Shown: positions 1 through 7,817 of the stretch, piece by piece
Layout: every line of letters starts with the position of its first letter
How positions within the stretch are numbered: the stretch's first letter is position 1
Source of the DNA: a virus
Virus record (IMG/VR): IMGVR_UViG_3300045988_180769
Location: 32,001-96,000 of that record
Strand: one strand, 5' to 3'
Length of the DNA: 64,000 bases
Translations under genes and position numbers: made by a program
The notes under the pieces: model-generated
Told to the model about the DNA's origin: nothing
Database searches by the model: none
The model's input: only the letters and a program-made list of their open reading frames with translations

Positions 1-239
1 TCAGGACGAGGTTCTTCAGCACCTTTCTTCACAGTCTTGGCATGTTCATTCACCAATTCCTCTTCCTTTGCCACATCTTCGTCAGATGCGATCATTTCAG
101 GATCAATGTAAGTTTCAATACCTGCCTCTTTCTGTTCGATCAACTTTGCAAGTTCTTCTTTTGAATACTTTGCATAATTCTGAATACCAAGTTCGTTTGC
201 CTTTTTACGAAGTTCCAATAATGATAATTTCTTTTCCAT
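1..239 (-). CDS. 5' part of a CDS that runs off the window edge; HeH/SAP-like (Rho_N-like) motif protein
   Basis: ATG at 239-237, open to position 1 (79 codons, no stop). It is absent from the ORF track because it is truncated. The translation MEKKLSLLELRKKANELGIQNYAKYSKEELAKLIEQKE fits the helix-extended-helix pattern of Rho N-terminal/SAP-like modules. A promoter-like element lies at 272-303. Confidence 0.5.
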   Translation of the reverse strand, partial: MEKKLSLLELRKKANELGIQNYAKYSKEELAKLIEQKEAGIETYIDPEMIASDEDVAKEEELVNEHAKTVKKGAEEPRP

Positions 240-271
240 AACTAAATTAATTTTAAATGTTTTGTTTTTCT

Positions 272-303
272 TTTGACTATGTAAAGATCGACCTTTATTT
301 TCA
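272..303 (-). promoter_or_regulatory. Bacteroidota-type promoter candidate (GTTG-N20-GATCTTTA)
   Basis: Minus strand reads GTTGCAACATTGAAAATAAAGGTCGATCTTTAC. This is near-identical in layout to the 33-nt element at 5342-5374 and 50127-50159. It lies in the 239-324 intergenic gap, about 33 nt upstream of the ATG at 239. Confidence 0.45.
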
Positions 304-324
304 ATGTTGCAACATGTTGTCTAT

Positions 325-906
325 TTATTTCGAAGAAAAGATGACCTCTTTTATTTTCTCAATTCTTTCTTCCACTGTACCAGTAATAACTATATGTGGA
401 ATTTTATAGTTGTTCAAAAATTGGACAATCTTTCTATCTATATCTTGTTGAAAGACTTCATCAGAAGATCTTACTCCATCATCCACAACTGGAAATTCAA
501 TAGGAAGATAAACCACAAGTTCCAACTCCTTTGCTCTCTGAAGAACTCTTTTTCTTTCTTCAAATTCTTCGAGAGAAAGATTTTGATATTCCTCCAAATC
601 TTCAGAACAATTATCAAATAAAACTGAAGTATAAGCAGCAACATCTACAATACATCTGTCACTTATAGAAGGCTGTTCAAATGTCTTATCTAACAATTTG
701 TCATACTCTTCAAAGATCTTATGTTGAGATTTTGCATTACCATTTTCATTAATGGTAACTTCTCCTTTCTTCAACATATCTCGAACCAATTCTGGATAAA
801 AAGCCCATCCTTTGAAGGATGGGTCTTTCTTTAATGCTTCGAGTAATGTTGTCTTACCAGTTCCTTGTGTTCCACAAAGATTGATTCTTTTGTTCAACGT
901 TTTCAT
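325..906 (-). CDS. P-loop ATPase/kinase, NadR-like (AAA_28-like) family
   Basis: Walker A CGTQGTGKTTLLEAL at the N-terminus. The C-terminal pattern VVYLPIEFPVVDDGVRSSDEVFQQDIDRKI...ITGTVEERIEKI resembles the NadR ribosylnicotinamide-kinase-type domain. ATGA overlap with the upstream MazG gene. Confidence 0.6.
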   Translation of the reverse strand: MKTLNKRINLCGTQGTGKTTLLEALKKDPSFKGWAFYPELVRDMLKKGEVTINENGNAKSQHKIFEEYDKLLDKTFEQPSISDRCIVDVAAYTSVLFDNCSEDLEEYQNLSLEEFEERKRVLQRAKELELVVYLPIEFPVVDDGVRSSDEVFQQDIDRKIVQFLNNYKIPHIVITGTVEERIEKIKEVIFSSK

Positions 907-1442
907 CGATTATCACCTGCTCCATGAATTACTCCTCTCTTTTTTCGAGAGGCCAATTTCTCATTGTTTTGAACAGCAACTTCTTCAATAGTCATACCCA
1001 TACTATGACAAAGACCATTCAAATACTTCCAAATGTTTTTCCAAGACTCGAGTACAATTGGTTTTCTATGTTCAGGAAAGATTGATTCTTCTCCTTCTTT
1101 CCATTCATCTCTCAACCACTTCTTTACTTGTTCAGCAATCTTTCCTACTTCGACAGGAAGTTGAAATGGATCTGGTTTCAACATTTCACTCCAATTCCAA
1201 TCTTTTTCAAGTGGAAGATCAAGTTCAACTCGAATACTTGCTAAATACCATAATTGATCGCCAATTTCTTTTGACACTTCTTCGATCTGTTTCTTTTGAG
1301 ATTGATCGTCTATCTCAATGTTGATCTTTTCATATGTTTCACCAAGTTCTCCGCTTAAACCTAATACAACATAAGGAATGGCGACTTTTTGATCATAGGC
1401 CTTTGTTGTGATGGCCTTTTCTTCATACTCTCTGTAATTCAT
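903..1442 (-). CDS. mazG: MazG-like nucleoside triphosphate pyrophosphohydrolase
   Basis: Motifs LSGELGETYEKI and EIGDQLWYLA, plus the C-terminal NNEKLASRKKRGVIHGAGDNR typical of all-alpha NTP-PPases. The track start at 1472 is a TTG that overlaps the upstream gene. The ATG at 1442 lies 7 nt after the upstream stop and is preferred. Confidence 0.8.
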   Translation of the reverse strand: MNYREYEEKAITTKAYDQKVAIPYVVLGLSGELGETYEKINIEIDDQSQKKQIEEVSKEIGDQLWYLASIRVELDLPLEKDWNWSEMLKPDPFQLPVEVGKIAEQVKKWLRDEWKEGEESIFPEHRKPIVLESWKNIWKYLNGLCHSMGMTIEEVAVQNNEKLASRKKRGVIHGAGDNR

Positions 1443-1449
1443 TTCTTTA

Positions 1450-2211
1450 TTATTTAGAACAATTGTTTGCAATTAATTTACAAAAATTAATGAAATCATC
1501 CTGTGTTAAAGTTGATTTCATAATATTTACGCTTTTATGAACCCATTGAACGTTTCCTTCGATATAACCCTTCGACGAATCAATTCTATCTAAAGATATT
1601 GTTGATTCTAAACGACCTCTTTTAGATCCTAAACTGTAATTCGATATACATAAATCAATGCCAGATAGAGCACATTTCATATTTTGCTGTTTAAGTAAGT
1701 TATCAAGATATTCGTTTGAAACATTCCATTCTAAATTTCTTGCCACAGCTCCTTCTTGAGCTCTTCTAATAACTGAAAGATTCAAATTTCCAATCTTTTT
1801 ACTTCCCTTATTTATTCTACAATTTTGACAACAAGAACTTCTTCCTCCTGTTAAAAATGTAATTCTGACATAATTTTCTTCTCCACAATCACACTTTACT
1901 CTATAAGATCTTTCTTTACTTTTGGTTAAAACCTTGAAATCCTCTTTATCAACTATAGTCCAATGTCCAAATTTCATTCCAGTTTCTACTACAGTCCAAT
2001 GTTTTGGTTTTTGCTTTTTTGCTGCAATAGTTGCTCCATATCTACATTTTAAGCATTGTTTTGAAGTTCCTGTTTTTAGATCGTAAAATCTTTTTGTTAT
2101 AACTTCTCCACATTCACATTGAACTTTAACTTGTCCTCCTGGAATTATTTCTATTATGGTCCATTTACCATACTTGTCTCCAATTTTAGGATATATTGTT
2201 TCTAACTTCAT
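1450..2211 (-). CDS. HNH-type homing endonuclease-like protein with two N-terminal Cys4 zinc-ribbon repeats
   Basis: Duplicated module G(K/H)WTI(I/V)...C(E/D)CG...(C)C..C. The C-terminus reads SLDRIDSSKGYIEGNVQWVHKSVNIMKS, as in phage HNH endonucleases. It is wedged between MazG and FolE with ATGA overlap. Confidence 0.6.
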   Translation of the reverse strand: MKLETIYPKIGDKYGKWTIIEIIPGGQVKVQCECGEVITKRFYDLKTGTSKQCLKCRYGATIAAKKQKPKHWTVVETGMKFGHWTIVDKEDFKVLTKSKERSYRVKCDCGEENYVRITFLTGGRSSCCQNCRINKGSKKIGNLNLSVIRRAQEGAVARNLEWNVSNEYLDNLLKQQNMKCALSGIDLCISNYSLGSKRGRLESTISLDRIDSSKGYIEGNVQWVHKSVNIMKSTLTQDDFINFCKLIANNCSK

Positions 2212-2840
2212 TTTTTTACATTTGAAATCATATCAAAAAATTCTTTTCTTGATCCAATTTCATTAGTTTTAAAATATCCACTACAATATGAAGTTTGCAT
2301 TGTTGAATCTTGTTCAATTCCTCTCAATTTAACGCACATATGCTCAGCTTTAATAAAAACAATTACTCCTTGATTATCTGGTAAAATTTCACAAAGATAA
2401 TCATGTATTTGTTTTGTTAAAAACTCTTGAGTTTGAGGACGTTTTGATAAAAAATCTACAATACGATTTAGTTTGGATAAACCTATAATATCACCATCTT
2501 TTTTTGGAATATAAGCTAAATGACAAATTCCAACTATACTTGCAAAATGATGAGCACATAAGCTGTGAACAGGTATATCTCCTTGAAATACAATACCATC
2601 ATATTGAGAATCATTTGGAAATACTGTGATCTTTGGAGGATTATCGTATGCTCCTGATGTAATTTCTTTTACATACATTTTTGCTACTCGAAAAGGAGTC
2701 TTCTTCATCGACTCATCATTTTCCCAATCGTATCCCAATGCTGTTAAAAACTCACCATACGCTTTTTCAGCGTCTTTTAACATCTTCTCTCTTTCTTCTT
2801 CTGACAGAATCATATTCTGTCCTGATTTAATTTTCTTCAT
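2208..2840 (-). CDS. folE: GTP cyclohydrolase I (FolE type)
   Basis: FRVAKMY, SLCAHHF (canonical CEHH with E replaced by A), GLSKLNRIVDFLSKRPQTQEFLTKQI and AEHMCVKLRG align with the E. coli FolE signature blocks. Confidence 0.9.
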   Translation of the reverse strand: MKKIKSGQNMILSEEEREKMLKDAEKAYGEFLTALGYDWENDESMKKTPFRVAKMYVKEITSGAYDNPPKITVFPNDSQYDGIVFQGDIPVHSLCAHHFASIVGICHLAYIPKKDGDIIGLSKLNRIVDFLSKRPQTQEFLTKQIHDYLCEILPDNQGVIVFIKAEHMCVKLRGIEQDSTMQTSYCSGYFKTNEIGSRKEFFDMISNVKK

Positions 2841-2843
2841 AAT

Positions 2844-3695
2844 TTATCTGTATCTTTCTGTTCCCCAAATAACAATTTGCAATCTATCTGAATAGATAAA
2901 ACCATTCTTTGCACAATATTCTGCCACCATTTTCCTATTTTGATCTAATTCTTCGTTGGTCGATCCTGATGGCATTAATATAATATTTAGTGGTTGAATA
3001 AATTCATCATCTTCCCATACAATATTAGAATTTCTATATAGAGGGACTTTCATTCGATTTCTTTTATAAACATCATAATCGATAAGATCTTTAATTTGTT
3101 GATGAATTTCTTCAAAATCATTTTTGCTACCAACAACATATTTCAATCTAAAGTCCTGAGAATATGTCAATAAGTCCCATAATGCATCTATATTCCAACG
3201 ATTTTTAGAATGATTTTTCATGACTTCTGTCATCTTCATTCCAAGTTTAGCGCATTTCTCTTCTGTAGGTTCTGATGACTTTAATTTAGGAGAAATATTA
3301 ATTAAATCAATATTTCCTATTATTTTTGGACAAGGTGCTATTGTTCCATTTGTTTCAACGATTACATTTTTATCATAGGTTTTAGCAATTTCAATAATGT
3401 CTCTAACGATTTCAGGATAAAGAAATACTTCGCCACCTGTAATAGATATATCTTTTGTCAATGGATATTTTTCAATTTCATCTATTATAGACTGGTATGT
3501 ATACTTTCCTTTTTCAGGATTAAAACTTGAATACGCTGTATCACAAATACTATTATCAAAACAGCATCTAAGATTACAACCACTTAATCGAACAAACAAA
3601 GTTGGATTCCCAGTTGTGATTCCTTCACCTTCTATCGAAGTAAATACCTCAATAATTGGTCTATATTTAGAAAGATCTATATTACTTATTTTCAT
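2844..3695 (-). CDS. queE: 7-carboxy-7-deazaguanine synthase (radical SAM, QueE)
   Basis: N-terminal FTSIEGEGITTGNPTLFVRLSGCNLRCCFDNSICDTAYS, followed by ITGGEVFLYP and VIVETNG blocks typical of QueE. Sits between FolE and QueD. Confidence 0.85.
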   Translation of the reverse strand: MKISNIDLSKYRPIIEVFTSIEGEGITTGNPTLFVRLSGCNLRCCFDNSICDTAYSSFNPEKGKYTYQSIIDEIEKYPLTKDISITGGEVFLYPEIVRDIIEIAKTYDKNVIVETNGTIAPCPKIIGNIDLINISPKLKSSEPTEEKCAKLGMKMTEVMKNHSKNRWNIDALWDLLTYSQDFRLKYVVGSKNDFEEIHQQIKDLIDYDVYKRNRMKVPLYRNSNIVWEDDEFIQPLNIILMPSGSTNEELDQNRKMVAEYCAKNGFIYSDRLQIVIWGTERYR

Positions 3696-4327
3696 ACTTG
3701 TTGATCTACTTTAGGATTTATAAACAAATCTTCATTTGGATTTTTATATGACGATTTTCCTTTCAAATACCAATTCCAGAGATCAGTTCCCCAATCTTTA
3801 GTTACTCCTGTCGAAAATTGAATAGTACCTTCTTTAGTCTCTCCATTTGTCATCACACCAAAAATATTTGGCATATCTAACAAATCTGAAACAAAACTTG
3901 TTGCACTTCCAGTTCTTGTTTCGTAATATTGTACAGAAAGAGCTGTCAATTCAGCTTCACCATTATTCGTTTGAGTGCACATAAGAATACCTTGAATTGC
4001 AGATAAAAGAAATAATGAGAGCATTTCAGCAGAAGGATTAAATGGAAGACTTATCCATCTATCACTATGCTTCATGATGAACTTAATATATTCTTCATCA
4101 TCCTGATTCCAAAACACAGTGCAGTGATCAAAAGAATCAATAAATTGCTTAATTGACCCTTTCATTAATCCAAAATCATAAATCATACCTGCATTATCTA
4201 ATTTAGAAGCAGTGAGACTTACAAGAACTTTGTAAGAATGACCATGAATAGATCTCTTACATCTTTCTGTTGAACAATTGCGCACAATGTGTGCCATTTC
4301 ACCTTCGAATTCTTTAGTAATTATCAT
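3692..4327 (-). CDS. queD: 6-carboxy-5,6,7,8-tetrahydropterin synthase (QueD/PTPS family)
   Basis: FEGEMAHIV...C...IHGHSYKV matches the PTPS/QueD Cys-His-His signature. ATGA overlap with queE. Confidence 0.8.
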   Translation of the reverse strand: MIITKEFEGEMAHIVRNCSTERCKRSIHGHSYKVLVSLTASKLDNAGMIYDFGLMKGSIKQFIDSFDHCTVFWNQDDEEYIKFIMKHSDRWISLPFNPSAEMLSLFLLSAIQGILMCTQTNNGEAELTALSVQYYETRTGSATSFVSDLLDMPNIFGVMTNGETKEGTIQFSTGVTKDWGTDLWNWYLKGKSSYKNPNEDLFINPKVDQQV

Positions 4328-4352
4328 ATCTTTTGTTTTAAATTTGATGTTC

Positions 4353-4384
4353 TAAAGATACTATAATTACTTTAAATCGTCAAT
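4353..4384 (-). promoter_or_regulatory. promoter candidate (ATTG-N20-TATCTTTA) upstream of queD
   Basis: Minus strand reads CAATTGACGATTTAAAGTAATTATAGTATCTTTAG. The -7-like box lies about 26 nt upstream of the queD ATG at 4327. Confidence 0.4.
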
Positions 4385-4849
4385 TGAAATGGTAGTTAAC
4401 ATTTTAAGTTTTACGTCAATATAAGGAACTATAAATGGAAGGCCTTTCTTTCTCACCATAATTACATTTTCATCAGGATTATTTGTTTTCACTCTATAAT
4501 CTACATCCTTCCATGTAACCATTCGTCCTTCACTAAAAAGATAGAATTTATCCCAATAAGAAACTGCTTCTTTCTTTGCAGAATATTGTAGTTTTGGAAG
4601 CCCATATTCCTGAAGAAATTTACTTCTCCAAAATATCTCGAAATTTTCATCTGAATCAAAAATTGTTTCCTTTCGATATCGTTTTGCTACATTTTGAATT
4701 TTCTCTTTCTTTTTTGCAGCAATATCGCTATTCATCTTTCTGAACTCAGGAACTTCATAGATTATTGATCTTAATTTATAACTCAAATATTCGAGTTGCA
4801 ATGTTTTTATAAATTCTTCTATCGAGAGACTTCTTGATTTTTCTTCCAT
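4367..4849 (-). CDS. hypothetical protein
   Basis: Long ORF in the gene-dense minus-strand array. The track start at 4855 is GTG. The ATG at 4849 (MEEKSRS...) sits just downstream of the promoter candidate at 4866-4896. No recognisable motifs. Confidence 0.55.
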   Translation of the reverse strand: MEEKSRSLSIEEFIKTLQLEYLSYKLRSIIYEVPEFRKMNSDIAAKKKEKIQNVAKRYRKETIFDSDENFEIFWRSKFLQEYGLPKLQYSAKKEAVSYWDKFYLFSEGRMVTWKDVDYRVKTNNPDENVIMVRKKGLPFIVPYIDVKLKMLTTISIDDLK

Positions 4850-4865
4850 GATCACTTTTTGTTTG

Positions 4866-4896
4866 TAAAGCTATACAAATTAACTTTATGAACAAA
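4866..4896 (-). promoter_or_regulatory. promoter candidate (TTTG-N19-TAGCTTTA)
   Basis: Minus strand reads TTTGTTCATAAAGTTAATTTGTATAGCTTTAC. The -33 TTTG is shared with the T-tract of the terminator at 4894-4923. Confidence 0.45.
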
Positions 4897-4923
4897 AAGA
4901 AAGGGTTACTTAATTGTAACCCT
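4894..4923 (-). terminator. Rho-independent terminator candidate after the 123-aa gene
   Basis: Perfect 8-bp stem AGGGTTAC/GTAACCCT (4902-4909 and 4916-4923) with a 6-nt loop. On the minus strand it is followed by TTCTTTTTG. It starts 5 nt after the stop codon at 4929. Confidence 0.55.
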
Positions 4924-4928
4924 AAAAC

Positions 4929-5300
4929 TCACCAATTAATTTTTACTAATCGTGCTCCCCATCCTTTTCCAGTTGCACCATTTAATCCACTTGTTCTATG
5001 TACTATTTTAAGATTCTTATTAATTCCTACTACGTGTTCATGGATAACTTGACCATAAGCACCATATCTATAAGACGCTTTTACAAACTCTCCATTTTCT
5101 TTTCTTAGAGAAGCTGAACACCATTTTTCAAGTTCTTGTGGATTGTAAAAACAAAGATGTCCTTCAATTTCAATTGATTCGTATTCATTTTCAACAGTAT
5201 AAGATTCTGTAACACTCTTCATCTTCTTTGTAGATTTTCCATTTCTCATCACTGGAACTTCTATAGTTCTAAACTTTGTATCTATAAAAATCTTCTTCAT
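4929..5300 (-). CDS. hypothetical protein
   Basis: ATG-initiated 123-aa ORF bracketed by a promoter candidate (5342-5374) and a terminator candidate (4894-4923). No recognisable motifs. Confidence 0.55.
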   Translation of the reverse strand: MKKIFIDTKFRTIEVPVMRNGKSTKKMKSVTESYTVENEYESIEIEGHLCFYNPQELEKWCSASLRKENGEFVKASYRYGAYGQVIHEHVVGINKNLKIVHRTSGLNGATGKGWGARLVKINW

Positions 5301-5341
5301 AATTTTTCTCGTTTTTAATTGTTGTCCTTTTCTTTTGATAC

Positions 5342-5374
5342 CTAAAGATACACCTTTTGGACCAATGTAGCAAC
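5342..5374 (-). promoter_or_regulatory. promoter candidate, copy A of a perfect 33-nt repeat (GTTG-N20-TATCTTTA)
   Basis: Minus strand reads GTTGCTACATTGGTCCAAAAGGTGTATCTTTAG, identical to 50127-50159. The -7-like box is about 43 nt upstream of the ATG at 5300. Confidence 0.55.
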
Positions 5375-5375
5375 A

Positions 5376-6383
5376 CTAAACAAGATTATTTGTATAAAAA
5401 TTTATAGGTTCGACCATATTATCGAGAGCTTCAAGTAATTCTTCCTGAGTAGCATCTCCTGGATCTTTTTTCTTGTCTTTTAAACATGCTATTCTTACAG
5501 TGAAATATTTCTGTAGAGTCATTGAAACACTTTTAATCGTTTCAGGTTTATCAGGATCGTACATAAGAACTACTGATTGAACACTTTTCTTCTTTCTCAG
5601 TAACCTAATTTGATCTGTTCCTATATTATTACCAAAAGTGAAAATACATTTGATTTCTTCTGTCTCATAGAGATGAAGCTTTTCATCTACTGAAATATAA
5701 TCAAACATTCCTTCTACAACAATCACTGTGTCAGTCTTGTCAGTAATTTTATCATAACCTCCTATCACCTTTGCAAAACCATCTCTTGAATTTTCATATC
5801 GAAGTATGAGTTTTGACTTTCCTTCTTTGAATTCTTGTAGATTTTTATCATGCCATTCTTTCGACTTATTTGAACGAGCCAACCACGCAACAGTCTTATC
5901 GTTCATCGTAAATTGAAAAATGAACTTATCGTGTAGCTTTTTCTCTAAAAAGAATTTTGTGATTGCAGGTTTAAATTCTTCATAGTATCTTTTATTAAAT
6001 CCTCGATCGTCAAGATATGAATCGTTTTTAAGATATTCTAATTTTCTTGGCAATTCACACTCGTCAAGTTCTAAATTCGTTTCCTCATCTTCTTTTTCAT
6101 CTACAAGAGGAGTTAGCTTTGAAACTTTTACACTATTTTCATAGTTTATTTTAGCTAAATCCATCCTTTCGATCTTAAATAGGTATCCCTTTAAGTTAGT
6201 TTTATGACCACATTTAAAACAATGAAAAACACCATCGTTTCCATGATCATTAAAATGAATAGCCCATTTTTTACCTTTGCCACAAAATGGACAAGAAGTA
6301 TCTTTATCTTGCATCCATCCAGAAGCACCAAAAGGAGTCAGATTAAGTTCTTGTATAATTTCTAATTTATCAACTCTAAACAT
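5376..6383 (-). CDS. DNA primase (zinc finger plus TOPRIM)
   Basis: Zinc-binding CPFCGKGKKW...FHCFKCGH. TOPRIM-like VIVVEGMFDYISV and VVLMYDPD. Immediately downstream of the helicase gene. Confidence 0.75.
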   Translation of the reverse strand: MFRVDKLEIIQELNLTPFGASGWMQDKDTSCPFCGKGKKWAIHFNDHGNDGVFHCFKCGHKTNLKGYLFKIERMDLAKINYENSVKVSKLTPLVDEKEDEETNLELDECELPRKLEYLKNDSYLDDRGFNKRYYEEFKPAITKFFLEKKLHDKFIFQFTMNDKTVAWLARSNKSKEWHDKNLQEFKEGKSKLILRYENSRDGFAKVIGGYDKITDKTDTVIVVEGMFDYISVDEKLHLYETEEIKCIFTFGNNIGTDQIRLLRKKKSVQSVVLMYDPDKPETIKSVSMTLQKYFTVRIACLKDKKKDPGDATQEELLEALDNMVEPINFYTNNLV

Positions 6384-6385
6384 AA

Positions 6386-7816
6386 TTAAATTCTTTCAGC
6401 CTTTTTTAACTTCGTTTCTTTTTTTTGTTTATCATCTTTCTTTTTGACTGGATGATAATTGGTAAAAAGTTCTCTTGTTCTTCCTTTATTGCAAAATCTT
6501 CCTCGATCATAATCTGTTGCAATAGGAATGATTTCTTGAGATCCTTTATAATCTCGAATCTTGTCAACATATACTCGTAAAACAGATTGCTTCAATTCTT
6601 CTCTTGTTTGATTTCCAGTTAACACAAAAGAAAATGGCTTCACTAATGTCTTGTCTCCTTCAGTATAACTTCTATCAATCACTTTATCAGAATTATCCCA
6701 TATCTCTATAGGAACGTTACTTGCCTGTGTTGCAGTAACTCCAACCATTTTAAACTCCACACAAATGTTTTTGAATAATTGAGCACTTGTTTGAAGTTTA
6801 TCTTTTTTATATGCAGGATTCGTATCAATAATTTTATTTATTCCTGTTGCTACAAGATCTAACGAGTCCATCACCAACACTTTTGGAAAGAAACCATGTA
6901 CTTTGCCATAATCAAGAACAAGGTTTCTAACATCAACCATCGTTGCTTCTCCAAACTTCTCAAAACCATATACATCAATGTCTTGACCATATTCAATCAT
7001 AGACCTATATGATTGTGTAACCTTCTTTTGATCTTCTGCTTTTAAAAATCCCTGTCGAATATCGTTAAACGATTGATTCGTCCAAAACTGATCATACTTA
7101 TCCAAACATGCCTGTACACCACCTTCTAACTGAATATGTAACACTGGATTGCCATCTAACGCTGCAGCCATAGCCTGATATCTTAATGCTGTCGACTTTC
7201 CTATTCCAGACCTCATTATCCATAGAACAGTATCTTCACAGAGAGCACCTCCATATGCGAGATCGTCTAATTGATCTATTCCAAAAGTAATCTTTATAGG
7301 TGTTTGACTTGTTTCAATATTCTCTCGTCTTTTTTTCATTCGAGTATTGAAATTTCCAAACACTTTATGAAAATTTCCTCCATCGTGTCTTAATGAAAGA
7401 GATAGTATTCTTTGACTTTCTTCAGCGTTAACTCTTATAGCTTCATCTTTTTTACCATCTTCGTATAAATCATGAACTTTCTTTGACAATAATTGAAACT
7501 CAATATCTTTTATGTATGACTCAAGTTGATCTATTATTATTTCTCTATCAACTTTTGCAGCTTTATGTATTTCATCAATCGACTCTTGTACAAAGTCATT
7601 GTCAATATATTTCTGTGAAACAACTCCTAATGATGGAACTGTTTCTTTCTTTGTGAAAATTTCAATTGCTTCTCGAAGAAGATATTTATATCCAGACCAT
7701 TCTTTTGGTATTAATTGATATGTTAAATTGCTCACAGCTATCTGTGTCAATACTGGATCGAGATAAATCAATTTAAAGAGTTCAGCCATAAAATTGGCTG
7801 ATAATTTCTGTGCCAT
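6386..7816 (-). CDS. DnaB-like replicative DNA helicase
   Basis: RecA-fold C-terminal half with Walker A MRSGIGKSTALRYQA, Walker B-like VLVMDSLDLV and TATQASN. Helicase-primase gene pairing. Confidence 0.75.
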   Translation of the reverse strand: MAQKLSANFMAELFKLIYLDPVLTQIAVSNLTYQLIPKEWSGYKYLLREAIEIFTKKETVPSLGVVSQKYIDNDFVQESIDEIHKAAKVDREIIIDQLESYIKDIEFQLLSKKVHDLYEDGKKDEAIRVNAEESQRILSLSLRHDGGNFHKVFGNFNTRMKKRRENIETSQTPIKITFGIDQLDDLAYGGALCEDTVLWIMRSGIGKSTALRYQAMAAALDGNPVLHIQLEGGVQACLDKYDQFWTNQSFNDIRQGFLKAEDQKKVTQSYRSMIEYGQDIDVYGFEKFGEATMVDVRNLVLDYGKVHGFFPKVLVMDSLDLVATGINKIIDTNPAYKKDKLQTSAQLFKNICVEFKMVGVTATQASNVPIEIWDNSDKVIDRSYTEGDKTLVKPFSFVLTGNQTREELKQSVLRVYVDKIRDYKGSQEIIPIATDYDRGRFCNKGRTRELFTNYHPVKKKDDKQKKETKLKKAERI

Positions 7817-7817
7817 A

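Noticed and set aside
304-621. Plus-strand ORFs in the track. Examples: 304-621, 32995-33297, 42295-42594, 53793-54152, 61995-62336 and about 40 shorter ones.
   Set aside because: All lie antisense to long, motif-supported minus-strand genes. Their translations are low-complexity and rich in Phe, Ile, Leu and Ser, as expected from reading AT-rich coding DNA backwards. None has a promoter-like element or a recognisable motif.
2208-2840. The possibility that the FolE-like gene is a QueF (preQ0 reductase), since both have the T-fold.
   Set aside because: The full FolE block set is present (RVAKMY, C.HH, GLSK.NR, RPQ.QE, H.C). The QueF-type E(S/L)K(S/A)hK motif is absent.
4367-5300. The unknown ORFs next to the deazaguanine genes, considered as hidden QueC or DpdA.
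   Set aside because: They are too short (160 and 123 aa). They lack the PP-loop SGGxDS of QueC and any TGT-like motif. They remain unknowns.
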